48,005 nucleotides of DNA from assembly GCA_002269645.1 (NCBI GenBank), contig NIVC01000880.1:1-48005 (forward strand). Direction: 5' to 3'. The notes beneath the pieces were generated by a model. The model had not been told where the DNA came from, did not search any database, and was given only the letters and a program-made list of their open reading frames with translations. This DNA is from Macrostomum lignano (taxonomy: Eukaryota). Below, one piece after another: positions 1-13,296 of this stretch (position 1 is the first letter of the stretch; the number at the start of each line of letters is the position of its first letter). A program made the translations under genes and the position numbers.

Positions 1-3000
1 GCGTTGTGGTTGTCGATGTTGAGGTCGTAGTTGTAGACGGAGGTGTTGTAGTTGTCGTCGTCGATGTTGGTGTTGTAGTTGTTGTTGAAGGCGTTGTGTT
101 TGTCGACGTTGGTGTAGTGGTTGTGGTCGACGGCGGCGTTGTCGTAGTCGACGTCGAGGTTGTGGTCGTCGAAGTTGGTGTTGTAGTAGCTGTCGTCGAA
201 GTTGTGTTGTAGTTGTTGAAGCCGTTGTGGTTGTTGTTGACGACGGAGTGGTGGTAGTTGTTGAAGGCGTTGTTGTGGTTGTTGACGTTGGAGTGGTAGT
301 CGTCGATGTGGGCGTGGTCGTTGTCGCCGGTGAAGTTGTGGAGCCTTGCTTGAAACATCCATATATTCCAATTTGGAGGTCGATGCTGTTTTTGTCAGTT
401 ACAGATGTGTAGAAGACCTCGAATCGAAGCATTTTCGACACAATAGAGACTGTACTAAGGCACACCATTAGGTCTGACTTGCAGTTCGTGAGATTGCTGC
501 CAGAGAAATAGTAAGTGTCCCAATTTGGTTGAGAAAGCGTCGGCTTGTTGTACACTCGAACGGCTGTTACTTCGGGGGCTGTAAACCTCAGCTCAATTCG
601 TCCAATCTCTACTCCGCTGGTCGATTCAGCTGCAGGTTCACTTCAATTAGAATGTTCTCATTTGGATTACTAAAAGATGTGGCCGTTGGCCGGTTCAAAT
701 TAAATGGGACTGGTGATGACAGGCGCAACTTTTCTAAATCAGAAGCCGTGTATCCAGACTGTGTTCCACCGATTACTTGAATATTCGATGGTGAGATGAT
801 GAATGGGTTCGAAAGTCCATCAATTTCAATACAAACACGCGGCACTGTAGTAGTGGAAGGCGTTGTAGTACTAGTCGACGTCGACGTTGTCGTGGTTGTT
901 GGTGTAGTGGTCGTAGTTGATGGTGTCGTAGTTGTCGTCGACGGCGGTGTCGTGGTCGTAGAAGGCGTTGTGGTTGTTGTCGACGTTGGTGTAGTAGTTG
1001 TGGTCGACGGCGGCGTTGTCGTAGTCGACGTCGAAGTTGGTGTTGTAGTAGTCGTCGTCGAAGTCGGTGTTGTAGTTGTCGTCGTCGAAGGAGGTGTTGT
1101 AGTTGTCGTCGTCGAAGTAGGTGTTGTAGTTGTCGTCGTCGATGTTGGTGTTGTAGTTGTTGTTGAAGGCGTTGTGGTTGTTGTCGACGTTGGTGTAGTA
1201 GTTGTGGTCGACGGCGGCGTTGTCGTAGTCGACGTCGAGGTTGTGGTTGTTGTCGAAGTAGGTGTTGTAGTAGTCGTCGTCGAAGTCGGTGTTGTAGTTG
1301 TCGTCGTCGAAGGAGGTGTTGTAGTTGTCGTCGTCGAAGTAGGTGTTGTAGTTGTCGTCGTCGATGTTGGTGTTGTAGTTGTTGTTGAAGGCGTTGTGGT
1401 TGTTGTCGACGTTGGTGTAGTAGTTGTGGTCGACGGCGGCGTTGTCGTAGTCGACGTCGAGGTTGTGGTTGTTGTCGAAGTAGGTGTTGTAGTAGTCGTC
1501 GTCGAAGTCGGTGTTGTAGTTGTCGTCGTCGAAGTCGGTGTTGTAGTTGTCGTCGTCGAAGTAGGTGTTGTAGTTGTCGTCGTCGATGTTGGTGTTGTAG
1601 TTGTTGTTGAAGGCGTTGTGGTTGTTGTCGACGTTTGTGTAGTAGTTGTGGTCGACGGCGGCGTTGTCGTAGTCGACGTCGAGGTTGTGGTTGTTGTCGA
1701 AGTAGGTGTTGTAGTAGTCGTCGTCGAAGTCGGTGTTGTAGTTGTCATCGTCGAAGTAGGTGTTGTAGTTGTCGTCGTCGAAGTCGGTGTTGTAGTTGTC
1801 GTCGTCGAAGTAGGTGTTTTAGTTGTCGTCGTCGAAGGTGTTGTAGTTGTCATCGTCGATGTTGGTGTTGTAGTTGTTGTTGAAGGCGTTGTGGTTGTTG
1901 TCGACGTTGGCGTAGTGGTTGTGGTCGACGGCGGCGTAGTTGTGGTTGATGTGGATGTTGTCGTAGACGTCGACGTCGACGTCGACGTTGATGTTGTGGT
2001 CGAAAGTCTTGTGTAACATCCTAGCATGCTTACCTGAACATTGACCGGAAGGTTGTTCGTATTGATGAAGTTGAACTTGATTCTGATTCTGTTTGTCTGT
2101 AGACCAAGGCCGCCGATTGAGGCACACTCGATAAAGTTATTGCTACACGTGGCCACGTCCTCAGCACTGTTGGCAGATTTTACTAATGTGAAGATTGCAG
2201 CAACGCCAGACGATTTATACAGCTGGATTGACGTAATCAATCCTGGAGTGCTTGAAATGATGCTGAGCTTTCCAATAATCGACTGACTGCCGTCGTCGCC
2301 ACTGACATTGAAGTCAAAGGAAATGCTTTCATCTTTGCGGGTTACTGAAGGTGCGCGGTTGACATCAAGACCACTCGTCGACGGACGAAGGAGGTTCAAC
2401 TCGCTTTGCGCAATGAGTCCAACACCTTGAGTGGAAGCACTCACAGAGATGTCGCTCAACCCAATTGGACCATTGTTCGCCATGCCGTCTTCCTCAATGC
2501 AACGCTGCGGCAAGGAGGTGCTCTTTGCAAGAATGTTCTCTGTAGTCGTGGTTGTCGAAGGCGGCGTAGTAGTCGTCGACGGCGATGTCGTGGTGGTCGA
2601 CGTCGAGGTTGTCGTCGTTGGTGCTGTGGTCGTTGTTGAGCTTGAGGTTGTCGTTGTTGATGATGGTGTCGTAGTTGTTGTAGACGGTGGAGTTGTGGTC
2701 GTCGACGTCGAGGTCGTTGTTGTTGTAGGTGTTGTTGTCGTCGATGTAGGCGTTGTAGTTGTCGACGTTGGCGTAGTCGTAGTCGACGTTGGCGTAGTTG
2801 TAGTCGACGTTGGCGTTGTGGTTGTCGATGTTGAGGTCGTAGTTGTAGAAGGAGGTGTTGTAGTTGTCGTCGTCGATGTAGGCGTTGTAGTTGTAGTTGC
2901 GTAGTTGTAGTCGACGTTGGCGTTGTGGTTGTCGATGTTGAGGTCGTAGTTGTAGACGGAGTGTTGTTGTTGTCGTCGTCGATGTTGGTGTTGTAGTTGT

Positions 3001-6000
3001 TGTTGAAGGCGTTGTGGTTGTTGTCGACGTTGGTGTAGTGGTTGTGGTCGACGGCGGCGTTGTCGTAGTCGACGTCGAGGTTGTGGTCGTCGAAGTTGGT
3101 GTTGTAGTAGCTGTCGTCGAAGTTGGTGTTGTAGTTGTTGAAGCCGTTGTGGTTGTTGTTGACGACGGAGTGGTGGTAGTTGTTGAAGGCGTTGTTGTGG
3201 TTGTTGACGTTGGAGTGGTAGTCGTCGATGTGGGCGTGGTCGTTGTCGCCGGTGAAGTTGTGGAGCCTTGCTTGAAACATCCATATATTCCAATTTGGAG
3301 GTCGATGCTGTTTTTGTCAGTTACAGATGTGTAGAAGACCTCGAATCGAAGCATTTTCGACACAATAGAGACTGTACTAAGGCACACCATTAGGTCTGAC
3401 TTGCAGCTCGTGAGATTGCTGCCAGAGAAATAGTAAGTGTCCCAATTTGGTTGAGAAAGCGTCGGCTTGTTGTACACTCGAACGGCTGTTACTTCGGGGG
3501 CTGTAAACCTCAGCTCAATTCGTCCAATCTCTACTCCGCTGGTCGATTCAGCTGCAGGGTTCACTTCAATTAGAATGTTCTCATTTGGATTACTAAAAGA
3601 TGTGGCCGTTGGCCGGTTCAAATTAAATGGGACTGGTGATGACAGGCGCAACTTTTCTAAATCAGAAGCCGTGTATCCAGACTGTGTTCCACCGATTACT
3701 TGAATATTCGATGGTGAGATGATGAATGGGTTCGAAAGTCCATCAATTTCAATACAAACACGCGGCACTGTAGTAGTGGAAGGCGTTGTAGTACTAGTCG
3801 ACGTCGACGTTGTCGTGGTTGTTGGTGTAGTGGTCGTAGTTGATGGTGTCGTAGTTGTCGTCGACGGCGGTGTCGTGGTCGTAGAAGGCGTTGTGGTTGC
3901 TGTCGACGTTGGTGTAGTAGTTGTGGTCGACGGCGGCGTTGTCGTAGTCGACGTCGAGGTTGTGGTCGTCGAAGTAGGTGTAGTAGTAGTCGTCGTCGAA
4001 GTCGGCGTTGTAGTTGTCATCGTCGAAGTAGGTGTTGTAGTTGTCGTCGTCGAAGTAGGTGTTGTAGTAGTCGTCGTCGCAGGAGGTGTTGTTGTTGTCG
4101 TCGTCGAAGGAGGTGTTGTAGTTGTCGTCGTCGATGTTGGTGTTGTAGTTGTTGTTGAAGGCGTTGTGGTTGTTGTCGACGTTGGTGTAGTAGTTGTGGT
4201 CGACGGCGGCGTTGTCGTAGTCGACGTCGAGGTTGTGGTCGTCGAAGTAGGTGTTGTAGTTGTCGTTGACGATGGTTTAGTGGTGGTTGACGTCGATGTA
4301 ACTGTATTCGTTGTGATTTTTTCCGTGGTCTTGGTTGTGTAACAACCCAAAATATTTAGTTTTATCGACAATTTCAGGTCAGGTAAATTAGTAAACTCGT
4401 AAAATACGGAAATAGAAACAGCGTTTAGTCCTCGACCGCTGATAGAAGCACATGCTATCAAATCTTCAAGACATGTAAGCGTCTCAGCAGAAGTTGTTGT
4501 CTTTTTTACCAAAGAAAGAGGGGCACTGAAGTCAGCTTTAGAAAGAAACTGCATGGATGTGATTAAAACAGGAACATTCGCTATAGTCTGTAGCTTTCCT
4601 ATCGTTGATGGGATTCCCCCATCCTCAGAGACATCGAAGTTAAATTGTATCGTTTCTGTTTTAGGCGAATCTGACGCCAACTGACTTACAACAAGCCCAC
4701 TTTCATTTGGTCGTAGCGAATTTAAATCCGATTGTGGAATCGAAGCTCCGATGGAATAGTTGCTGACAGACATATCAGTCAAAGATATAATATTATTGTC
4801 GGACATAAAATCTGTTTCTAGACACACGCTGCTAGGAGTATTTGTAGATGTTGTCGATGGTTGAATAGTGGTAGTCGACGACGAAGTCGTAGCCGTTGAT
4901 GTTGGTGCAGTAGTTGTGGTTGACAACAGCGTGGTTGTCGAAGTTGATGCCGTCAACGTCGTTGCTGGAGTCGTAGTGGTATTCGTAGACGTAGATGTTG
5001 GAGTCGCAGTAGTAGAGGTAGGTGTTGTGGTAGTCGTAGAAGCCGTTGTTGTGGTCGTTGTTGGTGTTGTTGTCGTAGTCGTTAATGATGGTGTTGTAGT
5101 TGTTGTAGACGACGGAGTTGTGGTGGATGTTGACGTTGGCGATGTTGTTATAGTCGTCGTTGGCGTAGTAGTTGTCGTCGTTGGCGTAGTTTTAGTCGTC
5201 GTTGGCGAAGTTGTACTCGACGTTGGTGTGAATGTTGTAGTCGACGTTGGCCTGGTAGTTGTATTCGACGTTGGCGTTGTGGCTGTCGATGTTGAGGTCG
5301 TAGTTGTAGAAGGAGGTGTTGTAGTTGTCGTCGTCGATGTTGGTGTTGTAGTTGTTGTTGAAGGCGTTGTGGTTGTTGTCGACGTTGGTGTAGTAGTTGT
5401 GGTCGACGGCGGCGTTGTCGTAGTCGACGTCGAGGTTGTGGTTGTTGTCGAAGTCGGCGTTGTAGTTGTCATCGTCGAAGTAGGTGTTGTAGTTGTCGTC
5501 GTCGAAGTAGGTGTTGTAGTAGTCGTCGTCGAAGTCGGTGTTGTAGTTGTCGTCGTCGAAGTCGGTGTTGTAGTTGTCGTCGTCGAAGGAGGTGTTGTAG
5601 TTGTCGTCGTCGATGTTGGTGTTGTAGTTGTTGTTGAAGGCGTTGTGGTTGTTGTCGACGTTGGCGTAGTGGTTGTGGTCGACGGCGGCGTAGTTGTGGT
5701 TGATGTGGATGTTGTCGTAGACGTCGACGTCGACGTCGACGTTGATGTTGTGGTCGAAAGTCTTGTGTAACATCCTAGCATGCTTACCTGAACATTGACC
5801 GGAAGGTTGTTCGTATTGATGAAGTTGAACTTGATTCTGATTCTGTTTGTCTGTAGACCAAGGCCGCCGATTGAGGCACACTCGATAAAGTTATTGCTAC
5901 ACGTGGCCACGTCCTCAGCACTGTTGGCAGATTTTACTAATGTGAAGGTTGCAGCAACGCCAGACGATTTATACAGCTGGATTGACGTAATCAATCCTGG

Positions 6001-9000
6001 AGTGCTTGAAATGATGCTGAGCTTTCCAATAATCGACTGACTGCCGTCGTCGCCACTGACATTGAAGTCAAAGGAAATGCTTTCATCTTTGCGGGTTACT
6101 GAAGGTGCGCGGTTGACATCAAGACCACTCGTCGACGGACGAAGGAGGTTCAACTCGCTTTGCGCAATGAGTCCAACACCTTGAGTGGAAGCACTCACAG
6201 AGATGTCGCTCAACCCAATTGGACCATTGTTCGCCATGCCGTCTTCCTCAATGCAACGCTGCGGCAAGGAGGTGCTCTTTGCAAGAATGTTCTCTGTAGT
6301 CGTGGTTGTCGAAGGCGGCGTAGTAGTCGTCGACGGCGATGTCGTGGTGGTCGACGTCGAGGTTGTCGTCGTTGGTGCTGTGGTCGTTGTTGAGCTTGAG
6401 GTTGTCGTTGTTGATGATGGTGTCGTAGTTGTTGTAGACGGTGGAGTTGTGGTCGTCGACGTCGAGGTCGTTGTTGTTGTAGGTGTTTTGTCGTCGATGT
6501 AGGCGTTGTAGTTGTCGACGTTGGCGTAGTCGTAGTCGACGTAGGCGTAGTTGTAGTCGACGTTGGCGTTGTGGTTGTCGATGTTGAGGTCGTAGTTGTA
6601 GACGGAGGTGTTGTAGTTGTCGTCGTCGATGTTGGTGTTGTAGTTGTTGTTGAAGGCGTTGTGGTTGTTGTCGACGTTGGTGTAGTGGTTGTGGTCGACG
6701 GCGGCGTTGTCGTAGTCGACGTCGAGGTTGTGGTCGTCGAAGTTGGTGTTGTAGTAGCTGTCGTCGAAGTTGGTGTTGTAGTTGTTGAAGCCGTTGTGGT
6801 TGTTGTTGACGACGGAGTGGTGGTAGTTGTTGAAGGCGTTGTTGTGGTTGTTGACGTTGGAGTGGTAGTCGTCGATGTGGGCGTGGTCGTTGTCGCCGGT
6901 GAAGTTGTGGAGCCTTGCTTGAAACATCCATATATTCCAATTTGGAGGTCGATGCTGTTTTTGTCAGTTACAGATGTGTAGAAGACCTCGAATCGAAGCA
7001 TTTTCGACACAATAGAGACTGTACTAAGGCACACCATTAGGTCTGACTTGCAGTCGTGAGATTGCTGCCAGAGAAATAGTAAGTGTCCCAATTTGGTTGA
7101 GAAAGCGTCGGCTTGTTGTACACTCGAACGGCTGTTACTTCGGGGGCTGTAAACCTCAGCTCAATTCGTCCAATCTCTACTCCGCTGGTCGATTCAGCTG
7201 CAGGGTTCACTTCAATTAGAATGTTCTCATTTGGATTACTAAAAGATGTGGCCGTTGGCCGGTTCAAATTAAATGGGACTGGTGATGACAGGCGCAACTT
7301 TTCTAAATCAGAAGCCGTGTATCCAGACTGTGTTCCACCGATTACTTGAATATTCGATGGTGAGATGATGAATGGGTTCGAAAGTCCATCAATTTCAATA
7401 CAAACACGCGGCACTGTAGTAGTGGAAGGCGTTGTAGTACTAGTCGACGTCGACGTTGTCGTGGTTGTTGGTGTAGTGGTCGTAGTTGATGGTGTCGTAG
7501 TTGTCGTCGACGGCGGTGTCGTGGTCGTAGAAGGCGTTGTGGTTGCTGTCGACGTTGGTGTAGTAGTTGTGGTCGACGGCGGCGTTGTCGTAGTCGACGT
7601 CGAGGTTGTGGTCGTCGAAGTAGGTGTAGTAGTAGTCGTCGTCGAAGTCGGCGTTGTAGTTGTCATCGTCGAAGTAGGTGTTGTAGTTGTCGTCGTCGAA
7701 GTAGGTGTTGTAGTAGTCGTCGTCGAAGTCGGTGTTGTAGTTGTCGTCGTCGAAGTCGGTGTTGTAGTTGTCGTCGTCGAAGGAGGTGTTGTAGTTGTCG
7801 TCGTCGATGTTGGTGTTGTAGTTGTTGTTGAAGGCGTTGTGGTTGTTGTCGACGTTGGCGTAGTGGTTGTGGTCGACGGCGGCGTAGTTGTGGTTGATGT
7901 GGATGTTGTCGTAGACGTCGACGTCGACGTCGACGTTGATGTTGTGGTCGAAAGTCTTGTGTAACATCCTAGCATGCTTACCTGAACATTGACCGGAAGG
8001 TTGTTCGTATTGATGAAGTTGAACTTGATTCTGATTCTGTTTGTCTGTAGACCAAGGCCGCCGATTGAGGCACACTCGATAAAGTTATTGCTACACGTGG
8101 CCACGTCCTCAGCACTGTTGGCAGATTTTACTAATGTGAAGGTTGCAGCAACGCCAGACGATTTATACAGCTGGATTGACGTAATCAATCCTGGAGTGCT
8201 TGAAATGATGCTGAGCTTTCCAATAATCGACTGACTGCCGTCGTCGCCACTGACATTGAAGTCAAAGGAAATGCTTTCATCTTTGCGGGTTACTGAAGGT
8301 GCGCGGTTGACATCAAGACCACTCGTCGACGGACGAAGGAGGTTCAACTCGCTTTGCGCAATGAGTCCAACACCTTGAGTGGAAGCACTCACAGAGATGT
8401 CGCTCAACCCAATTGGACCATTGTTCGCCATGCCGTCTTCCTCAATGCAACGCTGCGGCAAGGAGGTGCTCTTTGCAAGAATGTTCTCTGTAGTCGTGGT
8501 TGTCGAAGGCGGCGTAGTAGTCGTCGACGGCGATGTCGTGGTGGTCGACGTCGAGGTTGTCGTCGTTGGTGCTGTGGTCGTTGTTGAGCTTGAGGTTGTC
8601 GTTGTTGATGATGGTGTCGTAGTTGTTGTAGACGGTGGAGTTGTGGTCGTCGACGTCGAGGTCGTTGTTGTTGTAGGTGTTGTTGTCGTCGATGTAGGCG
8701 TTGTAGTTGTCGACGTTGGCGTAGTCGTAGTCGACGTAGGCGTAGTTGTAGTCGACGTTGGCGTTGTGGTTGTCGATGTTGAGGTCGTAGTTGTAGACGG
8801 AGGTGTTGTAGTTGTCGTCGTCGATGTTGGTGTTGTAGTTGTTGTTGAAGGCGTTGTGGTTGTTGTCGACGTTGGTGTAGTGGTTGTGGTCGACGGCGGC
8901 GTTGTCGTAGTCGACGTCGAGGTTGTGGTCGTCGAAGTTGGTGTTGTAGTAGCTGTCGTCGAAGTTGGTGTTGTAGTTGTTGAAGCCGTTGTGGTTGTTG

Positions 9001-12000
9001 TTGACGACGGAGTGGTGGTAGTTGTTGAAGGCGTTGTTGTGGTTGTTGACGTTGGAGTGGTAGTCGTCGATGTGGGCGTGGTCGTTGTCGCCGGTGAAGT
9101 TGTGGAGCCTTGCTTGAAACATCCATATATTCCAATTTGGAGGTCGATGCTGTTTTTGTCAGTTACAGATGTGTAGAAGACCTCGAATCGAAGCATTTTC
9201 GACACAATAGAGACTGTACTAAGGCACACCATTAGGTCTGACTTGCAGTTCGTGAGATTGCTGCCAGAGAAATAGTAAGTGTCCCAATTTGGTTGAGAAA
9301 GCGTCGGCTTGTTGTACACTCGAACGGCTGTTACTTCGGGGGCTGTAAACCTCAGCTCAATTCGTCCAATCTCTACTCCGCTGGTCGATTCAGCTGCAGG
9401 GTTCACTTCAATTAGAATGTTCTCATTTGGATTACTAAAAGATGTGGCCGTTGGCCGGTTCAAATTAAATGGGACTGGTGATGACAGGCGCAACTTTTCT
9501 AAATCAGAAGCCGTGTATCCAGACTGTGTTCCACCGATTACTTGAATATTCGATGGTGAGATGATGAATGGGTTCGAAAGTCCATCAATTTCAATACAAA
9601 CACGCGGCACTGTAGTAGTGGAAGGCGTTGTAGTACTAGTCGACGTCGACGTTGTCGTGGTTGTTGGTGTAGTGGTCGTAGTTGATGGTGTCGTAGTTGT
9701 CGTCGACGGCGGTGTCGTGGTCGTAGAAGGCGTTGTGGTTGCTGTCGACGTTGGTGTAGTAGTTGTGGTCGACGGCGGCGTTGTCGTAGTCGACGTCGAG
9801 GTTGTGGTCGTCGAAGTAGGTGTAGTAGTAGTCGTCGTCGAAGTCGGCGTTGTAGTTGTCATCGTCGAAGTAGGTGTTGTAGTTGTCGTCGTCGAAGTAG
9901 GTGTTGTAGTAGTCGTCGTCGAAGTCGGTGTTGTAGTTGTCGTCGTCGAAGTCGGTGTTGTAGTTGTCGTCGTCGAAGGAGGTGTTGTAGTTGTCGTCGT
10001 CGATGTTGGTGTTGTAGTTGTTGTTGAAGGCGTTGTGGTTGTTGTCGACGTTGGCGTAGTGGTTGTGGTCGACGGCGGCGTAGTTGTGGTTGATGTGGAT
10101 GTTGTCGTAGACGTCGACGTCGACGTCGACGTTGATGTTGTGGTCGAAAGTCTTGTGTAACATCCTAGCATGCTTACCTGAACATTGACCGGAAGGTTGT
10201 TCGTATTGATGAAGTTGAACTTGATTCTGATTCTGTTTGTCTGTAGACCAAGGCCGCCGATTGAGGCACACTCGATAAAGTTATTGCTACACGTGGCCAC
10301 GTCCTCAGCACTGTTGGCAGATTTTACTAATGTGAAGGTTGCAGCAACGCCAGACGATTTATACAGCTGGATTGACGTAATCAATCCTGGAGTGCTTGAA
10401 ATGATGCTGAGCTTTCCAATAATCGACTGACTGCCGTCGTCGCCACTGACATTGAAGTCAAAGGAAATGCTTTCATCTTTGCGGGTTACTGAAGGTGCGC
10501 GGTTGACATCAAGACCACTCGTCGACGGACGAAGGAGGTTCAACTCGCTTTGCGCAATGAGTCCAACACCTTGAGTGGAAGCACTCACAGAGATGTCGCT
10601 CAACCCAATTGGACCATTGTTCGCCATGCCGTCTTCCTCAATGCAACGCTGCGGCAAGGAGGTGCTCTTTGCAAGAATGTTCTCTGTAGTCGTGGTTGTC
10701 GAAGGCGGCGTAGTAGTCGTCGACGGCGATGTCGTGGTGGTCGACGTCGAGGTTGTCGTCGTTGGTGCTGTGGTCGTTGTTGAGCTTGAGGTTGTCGTTG
10801 TTGATGATGGTGTCGTAGTTGTTGTAGACGGTGGAGTTGTGGTCGTCGACGTCGAGGTCGTTGTTGTTGTAGGTGTTGTTGTCGTCGATGTAGGCGTTGT
10901 AGTTGTCGACGTTGGCGTAGTCGTAGTCGACGTTGGCGTAGTTGTAGTCGACGTTGGCGTTGTGGTTGTCGATGTTGAGGTCGTAGTTGTAGACGGAGGT
11001 GTTGTAGTTGTCGTCGTCGATGTTGGTGTTGTAGTTGTTGTTGAAGGCGTTGTGGTTGTTGTCGACGTTGGTGTAGTGGTTGTGGTCGACGGCGGCGTTG
11101 TCGTAGTCGACGTCGAGGTTGTGGTCGTCGAAGTTGGTGTTGTAGTAGCTGTCGTCGAAGTTGGTGTTGTAGTTGTTGAAGCCGTTGTGGTTGTTGTTGA
11201 CGACGGAGTGGTGGTAGTTGTTGAAGGCGTTGTTGTGGTTGTTGACGTTGGAGTGGTAGTCGTCGATGTGGGCGTGGTCGTTGTCGCCGGTGAAGTTGTG
11301 GAGCCTTGCTTGAAACATCCATATATTCCAATTTGGAGGTCGATGCTGTTTTTGTCAGTTACAGATGTGTAGAAGACCTCGAATCGAAGCATTTTCGACA
11401 CAATAGAGACTGTACTAAGGCACACCATTAGGTCTGACTTGCAGTTCGTGAGATTGCTGCCAGAGAAATAGTAAGTGTCCCAATTTGGTTGAGAAAGCGT
11501 CGGCTTGTTGTACACTCGAACGGCTGTTACTTCGGGGGCTGTAAACCTCAGCTCAATTCGTCCAATCTCTACTCCGCTGGTCGATTCAGCTGCAGGGTTC
11601 ACTTCAATTAGAATGTTCTCATTTGGATTACTAAAAGATGTGGCCGTTGGCCGGTTCAAATTAAATGGGACTGGTGATGACAGGCGCAACTTTTCTAAAT
11701 CAGAAGCCGTGTATCCAGACTGTGTTCCACCGATTACTTGAATATTCGATGGTGAGATGATGAATGGGTTCGAAAGTCCATCAATTTCAATACAAACACG
11801 CGGCACTGTAGTAGTGGAAGGCGTTGTAGTACTAGTCGACGTCGACGTTGTCGTGGTTGTTGGTGTAGTGGTCGTAGTTGATGGTGTCGTAGTTGTCGTC
11901 GACGGCGGTGTCGTGGTCGTAGAAGGCGTTGTGGTTGCTGTCGACGTTGGTGTAGTAGTTGTGGTCGACGGCGGCGTTGTCGTAGTCGACGTCGAGGTTG

Positions 12001-13296
12001 TGGTCGTCGAAGTAGGTGTAGTAGTAGTCGTCGTCGAAGTCGGCGTTGTAGTTGTCATCGTCGAAGTAGGTGTTGTAGTTGTCGTCGTCGAAGTAGGTGT
12101 TGTAGTTGTTGATGAAGGCGTTGTGGTTGTTGTCGACGTTGGTGTAGTAGTTGTGGTCGACGGCGGCGTTGTCGTAGTCGACGTCGTGGTTGTTGTCGAC
12201 GTTTCGATAGTTTGATAGCACCCGAGTATTTGTAGTTTTATGTGCTGAGGCATTATATTAACAAAGGAAATCGTAATGGATATTTTCGTTGCCGTTAGTC
12301 CTTGGCCAGGTATTTTCGCGCATTGGATCATGTCATTAAAGCAAGCTGTTATGCCTGATGTTTCAGTGGCGCTTACAATCAAATCTTCGGGTGATGAATT
12401 GTTGTAATTGGCTCTGAGCTCCACCTTTTTTATCAGTGACTTGGGTCCAACCTGGGCAATTTGCAGTGCACCTATTATCGAGGCACTTCCGTCGTCACCT
12501 GCAACGAAGAAATCCAGCTGAATGGACTCTGTCGTTGGTGTATTTGTATTGCCTGTGATTTGGAATCCAGTTCCTGCTTTGCTGAACCTTAGATCATCTA
12601 AACTGCGGTCGGCATACGAATTCACTCCGAGAGATGCGCTTCTAATGTACATTTCTTCCGTGGTGATTATGTTCGAATCTGCCATACCATCTTTTTCTAC
12701 GCAACGAGGAGGCGTGGTCTCCGTCTTTGCTTTTACAAGTTCAGTTGTGGTGTACATTGTGGTTGGCGGCAGAGTTGTTGTTAGTTTTTCAAAGCAACCA
12801 AAGACCGAGAGCTTTAAGGACATGGTTGTTTCCTGCACGAATGAAAACGTCAGCCGAACTTCTTGCGCCGTCAACGGATTTGAATTGGCTGGCAAAGCGC
12901 AGTGCAGCAGATCCGGGAAGCATTTTCTGCTAGTGCTCGTCAAGTTAGCCAATTGTGTGTAGTCCGAATCCTCAGCTTTTTTAAATTCAACGACTATAAA
13001 TGCAGTTGGAATGAAAAAGTCCGTCGATATTAGCTCAAGCCGAGTCAACTGAGAGTTGATTTTAGTGTTTTGTGTCAGCGAGATTGTTAATGTCGCGTTC
13101 AGTCCCGTTGTGTTAAGAACAAAGTAGTCTGGTGAGACTGGCCGCAGGTCAGACTTCGGCTTCTTGGCTGACGAACTGGGATTCACTTTGATGTCCTCGT
13201 CTCTGATCACCGAGTCCGTCGCCATTCCATCCTGTTCATCTGGCTCGCAAACTCGCACGATGCCGGTAGTTGTCGACGTAGTCGTTGTTGTTGTGG
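1..13296 (-). CDS. Exon 22 (>13 kb): Thr/Ser/Pro mucin tracts alternating with 12 divergent discoidin/FA58C-like domains; several apparent frameshifts
   Basis: Acceptor cattgcag|CC at 13296; ORFs 7037-13309, 2494-6927, 609-3293. Each ~160-aa domain runs C..DGM...I...I..S...LR to ..I.GC[FY], the framing of F5/8 type C domains. Order from 5': A,B,C,D,C,D,C,D,E,C,D,C. Confidence 0.88.
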
